DNA from: Myxococcales bacterium
GTDB taxonomy: Bacteria > Myxococcota > Myxococcia > Myxococcales > UBA5297
Assembly (NCBI GenBank): GCA_031552145.1
Contig: JAVBMV010000003.1
Coordinates: forward strand, 211,930 to 275,929
Reading direction: 5' to 3'
DNA length: 64,000 nt
Below, one piece after another: positions 8,754 through 20,200 of the stretch. The notes under the pieces were generated by a model that was not told where the DNA came from, searched no databases, and was given only the letters and a program-made list of their open reading frames with translations. The first letter of the stretch is position 1. The number at the start of each line of letters is the position of its first letter. The position numbers and the translations under genes are program-made.

Positions 8754-10022
8754 ATGCTCTTCTCAGACTATCTCGACGCCGAGTGGCGCCCCGCGCTCGG
8801 CTGCACCGAGCCCGCCGCCATCGCCTTCGCTGCCTCGCACGCGGCCAATCAGTCCAAGGGTCATGTGCGGGCAGTCCACCTCACCTGCGACCCACGCATC
8901 TACAAGAACTGCTACGCGGTGGGCATCCCCAACTCGGACAAAAAGGTGGGCATCCTCTGGTCGGTGGCGATCGGCGCAGAGATCCCCGACCCGAGCGCTG
9001 GCCTGCAGCTCTTCAGGCAGACCAATGCGCCCATCCTGGCAAAGGCGATGGGGCTGCTCGACGCTGGGGCCATTACGGTCGACGTGGACCACTCGAAGCG
9101 CGAGCTCTTCATCGACTGCCGCGTCGTGCGCGCCGAGGGCGTGGGGCGCGCCGTGGTAGAGCGCGAGCACACGCGCCTCACGCTGCTGGAGCGCGACGGC
9201 AAGCCCACCTTCAAGCTCCAGGAGGAGAGCTCGGGCGCCGCCGCCGCGAAGAGCAGCGCGCGCGCGGAGCTGGCTCGGCTCTCCCTCGACGAACTCATCG
9301 CGCTGGCGGGCAGCGCCACCGCGGCCGACCGCGCCAGGCTCCACGAGGGCGTCGCGATGAACCTGGCCATGGCGCGCCACGGCATGGCGCTGGGCGGCGA
9401 CCGCCCCGCCCCCGACGCGATGATGCGCGCCGGGCAGCTCGTGGCGGCGGCGGTCTACTCCCGCATGACGGGGGAGGATCTCGCCGTGATGAGCCTGGCC
9501 GGCTCGGGGAACAAGGGACTGACGGTGGCCCTCCCTCTGGCCGTGCTCTCGGGCGCCGAAGAGGCGATACCGACCGACGGGGCGGAGCGCGCGCGCTATG
9601 AGGAGGCGCTGGCCCTCGCCTGCGTGCTCACCTCGGCCGCCACCCACTACCTGGGCTCTCTCTCGGCCGTCTGCGGCTGCGTCAACGCGGCGGGCATCGG
9701 ACTGGCCGCCGCCATCGTGAAGCTGCGCGGCGGTGACGATGCGGCCATCGGCGCCGCCGTGCAGAACATGGTGGGGAACATCACCGGGATGATCTGCGAC
9801 GGCGCGAAGGTGGGATGCGGGCTGAAGACCTCTACAGGCGTCGACGCCGCCTTCCGGGCCGCCGCGCTCGCGCTGATGGGGCGTGGCGTCACGGCCAGCG
9901 ACGGCATCGTGGGCACCACCCCCGAGGAGTCGCTGCGCTTCCTCTCCCGCATCGCCAACGAGGGCATGGGCGCGATGGATGGGCAGATCCTCCAGATCAT
10001 GCGCGAGAAGCTGCGGCGCTAA
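8754..10022 (+). CDS. UPF0597 / YhaM(CyuA)-type L-cysteine desulfidase family protein (serine dehydratase alpha-like)
   Basis: Starts MLFSDYLDAEWRPALGCTEPAAIAFAAS, the family N-terminus as I recall it. RBS AGAGGGA. The in-frame extension from 8637 has no support. Confidence 0.8.
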   Translation: MLFSDYLDAEWRPALGCTEPAAIAFAASHAANQSKGHVRAVHLTCDPRIYKNCYAVGIPNSDKKVGILWSVAIGAEIPDPSAGLQLFRQTNAPILAKAMGLLDAGAITVDVDHSKRELFIDCRVVRAEGVGRAVVEREHTRLTLLERDGKPTFKLQEESSGAAAAKSSARAELARLSLDELIALAGSATAADRARLHEGVAMNLAMARHGMALGGDRPAPDAMMRAGQLVAAAVYSRMTGEDLAVMSLAGSGNKGLTVALPLAVLSGAEEAIPTDGAERARYEEALALACVLTSAATHYLGSLSAVCGCVNAAGIGLAAAIVKLRGGDDAAIGAAVQNMVGNITGMICDGAKVGCGLKTSTGVDAAFRAAALALMGRGVTASDGIVGTTPEESLRFLSRIANEGMGAMDGQILQIMREKLRR

Positions 10023-10117
10023 AGAGACGGGCGGACGCCCCCTCTTCCCCCCTCCAAGTTTACCGAGGCTCTCGACGAAGCGGAGTGACGCGGAGTTGGG
10101 AAAAGGGAGCGCGTTGG

Positions 10118-10275
10118 TCTATCTTCGCGCCGCCTCAGGGCGGGGTGAAAGCCCCCACCGGCGGTGACCCACATCCATTGGGAAGCCCGCGAGCGCCGCG
10201 CTCCTCACGAGGAGGGCGCGGGACAGCAGATCTGGTGAGACTCCAGAGCCGACGGTAACAGTCCGGAAGAGAGAG
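10118..10275 (+). promoter_or_regulatory. FMN riboswitch (RFN element)
   Basis: Conserved RFN blocks are readable: CTTC...AGGGCGGGGTGAAAGCCCCCACCGGCGGT...AGCCCGCGAGCG...CAGCAGATCTGGTGAGACTCCAGAGCCGACGGTAACAGTCCGGAAGAG. It sits directly upstream of ribB (ATG 10289). Confidence 0.85.
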
Positions 10276-10288
10276 AGACAAAGGGACC

Positions 10289-10981
10289 ATGAAGACGACA
10301 GAGATCGAGTTGGTGAAGAAGCAGGTGGAGGCCGCGCTTACGTCACTGCGCGCGGGGCGCGGCGTGCTGGTCATGGATGACGAGGCACGGGAGAACGAGG
10401 GAGACCTCATCTTCGCCGCCGAGAGCATCACCACCGAGCAGATGGCGCTGCTCATCCGCACCTGCAGCGGCATCGTCTGCCTCTGCCTCACCCCCGAGAA
10501 GACCGAGCAGCTCGACCTGCCTATGATGGTAGCCAACAACACCAACCGGGGCGGCACCGGCTTCACGGTGAGTATCGAGGCCACCGTGGGCGTCACCACC
10601 GGCGTCTCGGCCGCCGACCGCGTCACCACCATCCGCGCCGCCGTCGCTCCCGACGCGCGCCCCTCCGACCTGCGCAGGCCGGGGCACATCTTCCCGCTGC
10701 GCGCGCGGGCGGGAGGCGTGCTGGAGCGGCAGGGACACACCGAGGCGACCGTCGATCTGATGCGCCTCGCCGGCCTCTCTCCCTGCGGCGTGCTCTGCGA
10801 GCTGATGAACCCCGACGGCACCATGGCGCGCCTGCCCGAGGTGGAGAGGTTCTCGCGCGAGCACCAGATTCCAATTCTCACCATCGAGGCGCTCATCGCC
10901 TATCGCAAGGCCTTCGACCTGCCGGGCGCGCAGAGCAGACCCTCCCCGCAGAGCCAGAAGCAGGTGGCGTGCGCGGGATAA
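10289..10981 (+). CDS. ribB: 3,4-dihydroxy-2-butanone-4-phosphate synthase
   Basis: [27 protein letters not shown] and [28 protein letters not shown] are hallmark RibB motifs. No GTP cyclohydrolase II domain. Confidence 0.9.
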   Translation: MKTTEIELVKKQVEAALTSLRAGRGVLVMDDEARENEGDLIFAAESITTEQMALLIRTCSGIVCLCLTPEKTEQLDLPMMVANNTNRGGTGFTVSIEATVGVTTGVSAADRVTTIRAAVAPDARPSDLRRPGHIFPLRARAGGVLERQGHTEATVDLMRLAGLSPCGVLCELMNPDGTMARLPEVERFSREHQIPILTIEALIAYRKAFDLPGAQSRPSPQSQKQVACAG

Positions 10982-11892
10982 AGAAGCGCGCCCGGCGTCT
11001 CACGCTGGCGCTGCTCTCCAGGAGGCGCTCGCTCTATTCAACCGGGCGCCTGCTCCAGGCCGCGCGCGAACGCTCGCTGAAGCCCATCCTGCTCGACTCT
11101 TCGCGCGTGAGCGCGGGGCTTGTCGATGGCAGGCTGACACTCTCGCAAGGCGGCGTTGCGATCCATGCGCCCGACGTGGCCATCCCGCGGATGGCGAGCT
11201 CGTCGAGCGCGAGCGGCCTCGCGCTGGCCAGGCAACTCGAGCTGATGGGGGTGCCGCTGCTCAACGGCTCCGAGGCGATCGCCCAGAGCCGCGACAAGCT
11301 CCGCTCGCTCCAGATGCTTGCCCGCGCCGGCATCCCCGTGCCCCGAAGCATCTTCGCGCCGCGCCGCACGGAGGTGGAGCCCCTCTTGGGCGAGTTGGAG
11401 GAGCGGTTCGGCGGTCTGCCCGTAATTCTGAAGCTGCTCCACGGCACGCACGGCGTGGGCGTCATGCTCGCCTCCACGCGCGAGGAGGCGCGGAGCGCCC
11501 TGGCCACGCTCTTCGAGCTGGGCGAGGAGTTGCTGGTACAAGAGTTCGTGGGGGAGGCGGAGGGGGCCGATCTGCGCGCCCTGGTGGTCGGCGAGCGCGT
11601 GGTGGCCACCATGCGCCGACGCGCGCGCGCCGGTGAGTTTCGCGCCAATCTGCACCGCGGCGGAGATGGCAGCCGCGCCACGCTCTCGGACGAAGCGGCG
11701 GCGCTCGCGGTGAAGGCTGCGCGCGCTGTCGGGCTGGAGGTCGCGGGCGTCGACCTGATCGAGTCGAAGCGCGGGCCACTCATCTTGGAGCTGAATGCCA
11801 GCCCAGGGTTGGAAGGGATAGAGCGCTCCACCGGGGTAGATGTGGCCGGCGCCATGGTCGACCGCGCGCTGGAGCTCTTGGCGCTGGGCTGA
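10969..11892 (+). CDS. rimK: RimK-family ATP-grasp alpha-L-glutamate ligase
   Basis: [58 protein letters not shown] and [26 protein letters not shown]. The GTG start overlaps the ribB end by 13 nt. Confidence 0.8.
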   Translation: MRGIKKRARRLTLALLSRRRSLYSTGRLLQAARERSLKPILLDSSRVSAGLVDGRLTLSQGGVAIHAPDVAIPRMASSSSASGLALARQLELMGVPLLNGSEAIAQSRDKLRSLQMLARAGIPVPRSIFAPRRTEVEPLLGELEERFGGLPVILKLLHGTHGVGVMLASTREEARSALATLFELGEELLVQEFVGEAEGADLRALVVGERVVATMRRRARAGEFRANLHRGGDGSRATLSDEAAALAVKAARAVGLEVAGVDLIESKRGPLILELNASPGLEGIERSTGVDVAGAMVDRALELLALG

Positions 11893-11977
11893 ACTACTCC
11901 CGTTTGCCATGGGGGCCGCCACCCCCTACTCTTCCCACTCGGTCCCTGACGAATCGACTGCAAACGCGAGTCCACGA

Positions 11978-12883
11978 ATGAGACACCTGCGAGTCCCCGC
12001 TCTCCTGCCCCTTTTGCTTGCCCTCGCCTCCTGTGGCGATTTCGACCTTGGAGGGCCCGGCGACGAGCCAGTGACCTTCTCGCGCGGCTACGCCTTCATC
12101 CGAGATGACGCGCTCTATGTAGCGGACCGCTCCGACTACGAGAACGCGCTGAGGCTCTCCGCCACCGGCCAGGTGAAGGAGGCGGCGCTCTCGCCCGACG
12201 GCAGGGTGATCGTCTACGTCAGCGCCACCCCCAGCGGCCTCACCAGCCTGCGCAGGATCAACCCGGATGGCGGCGCCGACAGCGAGCTGGTGCCAATCAC
12301 CAGTGGGAAAAACCTCTCCAACCCCACCCTCTCGCGAGACGCGGCGCAGATCGCTTACATCTCCACGGAGAGCGGCAAGGCGACGCTCAACCTCGTCAAC
12401 CTCAATGGCAGCGGCAATCGGCAGCTGGGGACGAGCCAGAGCGAGTTCTCCCCCACCTTCTACGCCGATGGCGCCTCTGTCCTGGTCGCGTCCGGCGGCA
12501 GCGCTCTCTCGGTGGAAGAGCTGGTTCGCGTCGACCTGGCCACCGCCCATCGGGAGACCGTCATGTCCGGGATGGAGGGAATGGACCCCAGCGTCGCGCT
12601 CTCGCCCGACGGGACGCGCGCCGCCTATGAGCGGAGCGAGGGAGGGCGACGGCGCATCTATGTGATCAATCTCACCGCCGGCGCCGGCGAGGTGGGCGAA
12701 CAGCATCTCCTCGCCAACATGAGCGGCGACATGCGCTGGCCCACCTGGATCTCCAACGCGCAGGTCGGCTACTCCGGCAGGGCCTCAAGCGGGGTCTGGT
12801 CGATCTATGAGGCCTCGGCAGAGACCGGCACCTACTCGCTGGCGGTGCCCGCCGCCCAGCAGGGCAGCTACGGCGGCAGGTAG
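11978..12883 (+). CDS. TolB-like (PD40/WD40-like beta-propeller) lipoprotein
   Basis: Start at MRHLRVPALLPLLLALASC (lipobox). Repeated LSPDGRVIVYVS, LSRDAAQIAYIS and [25 protein letters not shown] motifs. Confidence 0.7.
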   Translation: MRHLRVPALLPLLLALASCGDFDLGGPGDEPVTFSRGYAFIRDDALYVADRSDYENALRLSATGQVKEAALSPDGRVIVYVSATPSGLTSLRRINPDGGADSELVPITSGKNLSNPTLSRDAAQIAYISTESGKATLNLVNLNGSGNRQLGTSQSEFSPTFYADGASVLVASGGSALSVEELVRVDLATAHRETVMSGMEGMDPSVALSPDGTRAAYERSEGGRRRIYVINLTAGAGEVGEQHLLANMSGDMRWPTWISNAQVGYSGRASSGVWSIYEASAETGTYSLAVPAAQQGSYGGR

Positions 12884-12886
12884 CGG

Positions 12887-12944
12887 GGGCGAACTGGTAA
12901 AAAATATTGCCGATCCTGGGCGAAACTGGTAAAAAATGTCGCCG
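12887..12944. repeat. Imperfect tandem direct repeat (26/27 nt) upstream of the ATPase gene; overlaps a sigma70-like promoter
   Basis: GGGCGAACTGGTAAAAAATATTGCCG (12887-12912) and GGGCGAAACTGGTAAAAAATGTCGCCG (12918-12944). TTGCCG (12907-12912), a 17-nt spacer, then TAAAAA (12930-12935). Confidence 0.6.
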
Positions 12945-12958
12945 TTTTCAGGGTCGCC

Positions 12959-14293
12959 ATGCTCGAACGCCTAAAAGAGATCATCCTCGATCGCCAGGAA
13001 TCCGTACTTGAGCCGGGGACACCGAGGCGTCTGGAATATGCCTCGATGCCGAGGAAAGCATCTGTCTTCATCGGCGTGCGCAGGTGCGGGAAGTCCACCT
13101 TCATGGCCCAGCAGATGGAGCGTCTACTCGCCGAGGGCGCTCCTCGCCAGAGCTTCCTCTATCTCAATTTCTTCGATGACCGGCTTCACGAGCTTCGCCA
13201 GGGCAAGTTGGAGCGAATCATGGAGGCTTGGTTTGCGCTCTACCCCGAAAAGAAAGGAAGGGAGAAAACCTATTGCTTCTTCGATGAGCTCCAGATGCTT
13301 CCGGGTTGGGAGTCCTTCGTCGAACGACTGATGCGCGAAGAGAATTGCGAGGTCTTCATTACTGGCTCTTCGGCGCAGATGCTGTCGCGCGAGATCGCTA
13401 CTCAGATGAGAGGTCGCGCGCTCACCTGGGAACTCTTCCCCTTCTCCTTTCGTGAATACCTCGACTTTCACGGGGTCGACGGCGACGCTCCTCTCTCGAC
13501 GAGGAGACGTCTGCTGATACAGCGCGCCTTCGACGACTACTGGGAGCGGGGCGGTTTCCCCGAGGTTGCCGGGGTCGAACGCTCCCTTCGAATCAAGCTT
13601 CACCAGGAGTATTTCAACGCGCTCCTATTTCGAGACCTGATCGAGCGCCACGATGTCGCGCATCCCAAGGCGGTAACCGACCTCGCATACTGGCTCATCG
13701 ACAACACGGCGTCGCTCTATACGATCAACCGTCTGACAGGGTACCTGAAATCGCTGGGGCACACGGCTCCCAAGGCGACGGTTTCCAGCTATCTCGACTG
13801 GTTCGAGGATGCCTATTTCTTCTTCACGGTACGTCTCTTCGACGCTTCGCTTGCGCGCTCGCATGCGAACCCCAAGAAGATCTACTGCGTCGACCACGCG
13901 CTCATTACGTCCACGAGCTCCGGGGTCCTGGTCAACTCGGGGCATTTGCTCGAGAACCTCGTCTTCATGGCTCTGCGGCGAGTGACCTCCGAGATCTACT
14001 ATCTCCGCACCCGTAATGGCCGCGAGGTCGACTTCATAGCGCGGCTCCCAGATCGCTCGCGGCTCCTGGTTCAGGTCTGCGAGTCGCTCGTTGAGCCCGC
14101 GACCAGGAAGCGCGAAGTAACGGCGCTCGCCGAGGCAATGCAGGAGCAAGGGCTCTCGCGCGGCGTAATCGTGACGCGCCGCGAAGAGGAGCAGATCGAC
14201 CTCGCCAACGGAACCATCGAGGTGCTCCCGGCGTGGCGCTTTCTGCTGAGGCAGGCAGCCGGCAAAGGCCGGCGCCTCGCCGCGTCTCCTTAA
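12959..14293 (+). CDS. AAA_14/DUF4143-family ATPase
   Basis: 444 aa. Walker A GVRRCGKST and Walker B YCFFDELQ. The C-terminal region is typical of DUF4143 (VDFIARLPDRSRLLVQVCESL). Confidence 0.85.
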   Translation: MLERLKEIILDRQESVLEPGTPRRLEYASMPRKASVFIGVRRCGKSTFMAQQMERLLAEGAPRQSFLYLNFFDDRLHELRQGKLERIMEAWFALYPEKKGREKTYCFFDELQMLPGWESFVERLMREENCEVFITGSSAQMLSREIATQMRGRALTWELFPFSFREYLDFHGVDGDAPLSTRRRLLIQRAFDDYWERGGFPEVAGVERSLRIKLHQEYFNALLFRDLIERHDVAHPKAVTDLAYWLIDNTASLYTINRLTGYLKSLGHTAPKATVSSYLDWFEDAYFFFTVRLFDASLARSHANPKKIYCVDHALITSTSSGVLVNSGHLLENLVFMALRRVTSEIYYLRTRNGREVDFIARLPDRSRLLVQVCESLVEPATRKREVTALAEAMQEQGLSRGVIVTRREEEQIDLANGTIEVLPAWRFLLRQAAGKGRRLAASP

Positions 14294-17200
14294 GGGACCT
14301 CTTCCACCCAGATCTCGAATGGGCCTCGGGCTGAATAGTCCTTTGCGTCCGCGAAGATGTAGTAGGTCTGGTTCGGAATAGGATTCGAGACCAGGACCGA
14401 CTCGGGCCTGGAGGAACTACCTCCGTCGACTCCCGCGACGCATTGGGTGACATCGCACGCGGTCGAGACCCAGAGCGTCGCATCCCAGTAGGGATTGGGC
14501 TTGAGAGAGACCTTGAAAGGCGTCGTCGTGGTGGGCGTGTAGCGATAGACCAGCTCGGCGCCACGGCCGCGCTCATACGATTTGGTGCAGCCGCCCGCCG
14601 CGCTCTTCCCAAAGGAGTAATCGGCGTTGGCGTTCGTATTGTCGCCCGATTGCCGGGGGTTCGCGTCGAGCTGGAGGGCGATGGCCCCCTCGCACCGGTC
14701 GTTCGGTGGCGGCGCCTTCGCCGTGTCGTGATCGACGACTTTTACGTAGAGTTTATGGCTTCCCACCGCCGCCATGTCCTTGTAGTCGACGAACACGAAG
14801 TAGTTCTGATTGGCAACGAGCTTGCGTACGACCAGGGCGTTCGACCCCGTGGTGCGCCCATCGATGCAGGCCAGCTCATTCTCCTGCAAGTCGGACTCAC
14901 AGCTATTGCGCAAATAGATGAAGGGCGCCGGAGCGCCGGTGACATAGAGGCTCAGATCAAAGTCCCGGGGATAACGAAGCGAATAGGTAAAATCGGGGCC
15001 ATGGAGCGCCTCGCACAGCCCCGTGGTCGTCGTGTCGGCGTCGTATTTCGTGAAGACGCGCCCGGCCTGCTCGTTATAGTCGCCCGCGACGGGGAGCACG
15101 ATCTCCTGGAGGCCGGCGCATCCACCAGGAATTGGCACGACGACCTCTGATTCCAAGGCGAGATCGACCCAGAAGCTGCCACCGGCGGCCGCCGAGTTGC
15201 TGTCGACCCACAGGTAATAGTCGGCGCCTCCCGCCAGTTGGGGTGCTTCGATCGAGGCGGTCCTGCCGCCGGTCGGGGCATGACAGGCCAACCGATAGAC
15301 GAGGTCATGCGCTCCGCAGACCGGGCGTAGATAGAGGGCGGGAACGAAATCGGCGTCGACAATCGCTTTGAAGCCATACGGATGATCCAGATGGAAGCGA
15401 TAGACTTTCTCGGGACCGTTCGAGGCGCCACAGAGACCGGTCGTGTCGTGGCGTGCATCATCGAGCGTCCCGCTGATGGAGGCCCTCGAGTTCGTGAACG
15501 AGACGACCGCGCTCTCTGGAAAGGGCTCGACGCAGGTGTCGTTGGCGGCCAGCCGGTCTGGGGACAACGCTCGCACGTCGATTGTGAATCTCCCCGAAGC
15601 TTCGGGAGCGACCGCGTCGACGACGATGTAGACGCGCTGCTCGGAGGTCAGGTGAACGGACGCCACCGCCGACGCACCAACGGCGCTCGCCGTCGCGCAC
15701 GCCAGCTCGCTCTCGGGGTCGGTGTCACAGGACGCGCGCAGGTGGAGGGAAGGCAGATAGATACCCTCAAACGCAGTTCCCTCGGCCGTCAAGGCTACTG
15801 TGAGGGTTCTCCCGGCGGGCGCGTCGACGGCGTAGACCAGGTCGGGCCCGCCCATCGCGGCGCAGGTGCCGCTCATGTCATCTCGTCCACTCTCGATCCC
15901 GGTCGCGCTGGCGAGGCTTCCGCGGCCCAGGGCATCGAGCGCGATCACCGGAAGCTCGGGCGCATCGCAGCTATCATTCTCGGCGGGCGGCGGCGTGAGC
16001 ACCTTCGTGACGACGAGCGTGTAGGGCAGGGGCGTCGCCTCCACGGCGTAGATGTTCGTCGTATCGACGAAGAGATAATAGACGCCGGGGCCGAGCGCCA
16101 ATTCCTCTATTGTGGCGTTTCCGTTGGATCCCAGAACACAGGCGTCCGCGACGGGCGAGGCGCCCGCGCACTCCTCTCCCGAGCGTACATAGAGGGCCGG
16201 CCTATCGAATTGACTGGTCGAAGTCCAATAGAAGGTCATGCTCCCAATCACCGTGGCGCTGATCGTCGCCGGTGCGTCGAGGTCGAGCCTATAGACGTGC
16301 TCGGGGCCCACGAAACCTGTCGGAAGATTACAGTCGCCCAGCTCGTCGCTCTGCTCTCCCCAGAGAAGGCCCGAAACTACGGCAAGTCCTTTGCCATCGA
16401 AGGGGGGGAGCTCGGCTGCGTCCTCGCAGGTCTCTGGAGCCGCGTCTCGGACAAAAGAGGCGACCACGGTGAAGGGGCCGCCTGCCGTCGGCGACGAGCC
16501 GTCGACCCACAGATAATAGGTCTCCTCGAGCTCCGACGAAATGGTGGTCCGGATCGACACGGGTTGCCCGGCGCTCCCCGCCATCTCGCACGAAAGTGCC
16601 GAGGCCTGACTCCCGCAGACGGTCCTGATCTCGGGATTGAGCGCCATCCCCGACCCCGGCGAAGGGACGAGCGTCGCGATGAGCGTGCCCGGGCCCGCAA
16701 GCCGCATCTGGAACGCAGCCTCCGCGCCCGACCAATTGTTGCAGGAGTTATGCATGGTGCTCGTACGACCCGCGGTGGTGCCGTTCGCCAGGGCATACCC
16801 ACTCGAGAGATCGAGGACCGTCGCGGCCTCGCAGAGGGCCCGAACACCGGCGGGCACGGAGGTCGGCGCTGCGCTGGGAGGAGGATGCGTCGGCAGCATG
16901 CTCCCGGTCGGGACGAGGTCGATGTCGCCGTAGAATATATGGTCCTGCCTTCCATAGCCGCTGTCGAACCAGATGACATATGTCCCCGGTGGAATGTCCT
17001 CCCAGATGACCTGCGCCTTGCCACCCATGCGGCGGTCACATTTCGCGAGCGCGGGAGGCGGCTCGGAGGTGGGCACGAAGAGCGTACAGTCGGTCGCGGA
17101 GACAATCCGCTGTACGTCGATGGAGGCAGTAAAGCTGCTCCTCTCGGGATAGACATGGTTGACCGCGAGCGTCCAGCCTTCCCCGGTCGCCTCCGGCACC

Positions 17201-20200
17201 TCGATGAGGACGGCATAGTCCCTGGCCGGCTGCATCCCGCCCTCGCCGCCCGGCATCAGCTCGGGCGTTCCACACTGCCGATCATGATTCCCCTCGGCTT
17301 TCGAGGTGTCGCCCACGATGCGCGCATATCCATTCTCGTCGAGAGCGACGGGGCTCGCCGTCTCGCAGGCGTCGCCCTTGGGATGGAAGAGCTCTACCGC
17401 GAGCTGAAAGGCGTCGCCATAGGGACCGACGCTGTCGATGATGACGAAATAGTCTCCTCCAGCAGCGCGCTCTATCTCCACATCACCGGAGGGAGAGCAG
17501 ACGGTCTCGGATGCAGGCGCGTCACACTCCCTCCGCAGGTAGATGATCGGGGCGTAAAGCGGCATCGCGCCTTCGGCGGGCGCGACCTTCGCGCGGAGTC
17601 CAAAGGAGGAGGGTTCGGGAATAGAGATTCGGTAGATTGCCTCCGGACCGCCGGGATTGCCCGGGGCGCAGCTCGCCGTGGGCTGTTGCCGATCGACGCC
17701 CCAGGACGTCGTGCCCTGGAAGGTGACCGAGGGATTCTGGGGGGAGAGCTCGGTCGCGGAGAGCGCCTCTCCACATTCGAGCGGAGTGTCGTCCTGCGGT
17801 GCCGGCGTCAGCTCCAGGTCGAGCATGTATTCACCGGCGAGGGGTCTAACGGAGTCCACCCACAGATAGTAGACGCCGTGGGGGAGCATGACGTCGAGGG
17901 CCGTCGGCCCACCCTGATTGGCCGAGGAGGCAACGAGCTCGTTCGACACGTCGGCCAAGACGCAGCTGGGGCCACGCAGATAGAGCACCGCGCTTCCCGT
18001 GGCCTGGGCGAAGGTGAGTCGCGCCTTCAGATGCGCTACCTGGAGCGAGACGGGGATCTCATAGACCACGTCCGGACCATCGCCGAGCGACAGCCTCGCC
18101 GAGCCACCATTGTTTGTCGCGAGCGATGTATTACCGAGGAGCGTCTTGGCCTGAACGAGCTCCAGATCGCTGACCGGCTCGGCCGTATTACAGGCATCGG
18201 CGATGGGAACCTCCGCCGGGACGGTGGAGAGTTCGAGCGCATAGTCACCATAGGTCGAAGTCCCTGTCGCCGACTCGATTCCATCGACGATGACATAGAA
18301 GGTGTCCCCCGGGTTCGCGTAGGCCGAGACGATGGCGAAGGTCCCCGTCGCCGCGTTGGCGCAGGCGATCTCGTCCCCCGGATCCGCGCCGAGGCACCCC
18401 CCCGCGCGGCGCAGATAGAGCGCCGGCAGATAATCGGGCGAGTTCACGCTCTTGTGTAGGCGCGCGGTGAAGATGGCAGCATCGGGGACTTCAATCCAAT
18501 AGACGAGATCGGCGCCGGTGTGCGGGGTGGCGGCGCTAGAACAGGTACCCACATAGTCGTTCCGGGCGTCCGCGGTCGATTGCTCCCGTAGTACCAGCGT
18601 CGACGGTGCGGCGCCGAGGAGCCTCCCTCCGGCGAGAGCTGCTCCTTCACAGGTGTCTTCGAGCGGCGGCGTGCCGCGCTTCACCGCTTCGACTCGAAGC
18701 GTAAAAGGACCCTCTGTCTGGTAGCCGGACGAATCGACGAAGGCAAAGAGCTCTTCTCCTCCCTCGACATTTCGCACCTGGAAGGTGACTGCCCTCCCCT
18801 GCTCGGCCGTATAACAGGCGCGATCGCTTGGCGCGTCGCACGCATCGCGGACATAGACAGCCGGCGCGAGCAGGGGATTCTCCGCCTCAGGCATCAGCGT
18901 GAAGGCGTAGTGGCGTGCGTCGGGCAGACTGAGCCGATAGACGAGATCGCCGCCCGCCGTGGTCGGCTTGCAGCGAGCGACGCTGTCATCGACTCCTTGA
19001 AAGGTATCACCGCGAATCGTCGCGACGCGCACGGCGTCATCGAGCGCTCCGTCGAAATGGACCCATTCGGCCGCGGGATCACATCGATCATGGGTTTCAT
19101 CGACATTCGATTCGGAGATCGAGAGCCAAACCTCGAAGGGGCCGTCCGCGCCTTCGACGCCGCTATCGACCAACAGGAAATAGCTCCTCCCGGCGCCGAG
19201 CTTGTATGCGGTGGCACTCAGATCGCCATCCACCGCCCTTGCGCACGCCCGTTCGTTCCCCTCGGAGTATGGCTGACATGAACCCCGCACGCTCGCCAGG
19301 GCCACATGCGCCGAGCCGGGGAGCCGAGGTATGTCGATGGCAACATCTCGAAACCCCTCCCCTTCCGGCAGGTCGAGCCGCCAATAGAGTTCGCGACCCG
19401 TATCGCCATCGGCGCAGCTGCTGGTCTCCGTATTCGAGCTCGCCGACGTATTGCCTCTCAATACCATCGTGGAGGAGTCGGAGAGCACGATCGGCGCTGC
19501 GGTGCCACAGCTCGTATTGACGGGAATGGGGTGCAGATAGAGATGCAGATCAAACTCGCCCTCGGTGCCCTGAGCGCCATCGATCACCAGCGTATAGTCG
19601 CCTGGCACCGAGAGCGCGTGTTGGAGGCGAACCATCTCCGTCGGCGACGCTGCATGTTCGCATCGATCGCCGACGAGGTGCGCGCCATCACATCCTCCCT
19701 CATATACATAGACCACGGGAATGAACCCGCGCGAGTGTTCTTTTGCCACAACTGCGATACTGGCGTAAACGGGCTCGTCCGTGTGGATGCGGTAATAAAC
19801 ATCCGCGCCCCGCGCGTCGCAGACCGAGGGGGCGCGCTCGTGACCCGCGTCGAGCGTCTTCCCCTCGACATGGAGGTAGCGCGTCTCGGGGTCGACGACC
19901 AGCTGATAGGGAAGGCTCGCGCTGCCGGGCTCCTCGATCGCGTCGCAGAGATCGTTATAGGGGGCCTCTCCGCGAGCGGGTATCTCGATAGTCAATTCGA
20001 AGGGGCCGGCGCGATCGCCGAAAGTATCGACGATAAGATAATAGGTGCTGCGCGGTGCGAGCCCAAAGGCGTCGATCGTGAGAGGCAGCGCGACGTGGGG
20101 CGCATGATCGCAGCTTCCCGAGAGTTCGGTGCCCGCGTCGGCGCAGGACGAGCGCAGATAGATAGCACCCTGGTAGGTCGAGTCGACCGGCGTGGCGGTC

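Noticed and set aside
15382-18459. 1025-aa plus-strand ORF antisense to the giant repeat gene (with many shorter ones across 14443-21623)
   Set aside because: The translation is Arg/Gly/Ala/Asp-rich low complexity with no motifs. Long stop-free antisense frames are expected opposite G/C-third-position codons. The minus-strand frame shows clear domain periodicity and a strong RBS.
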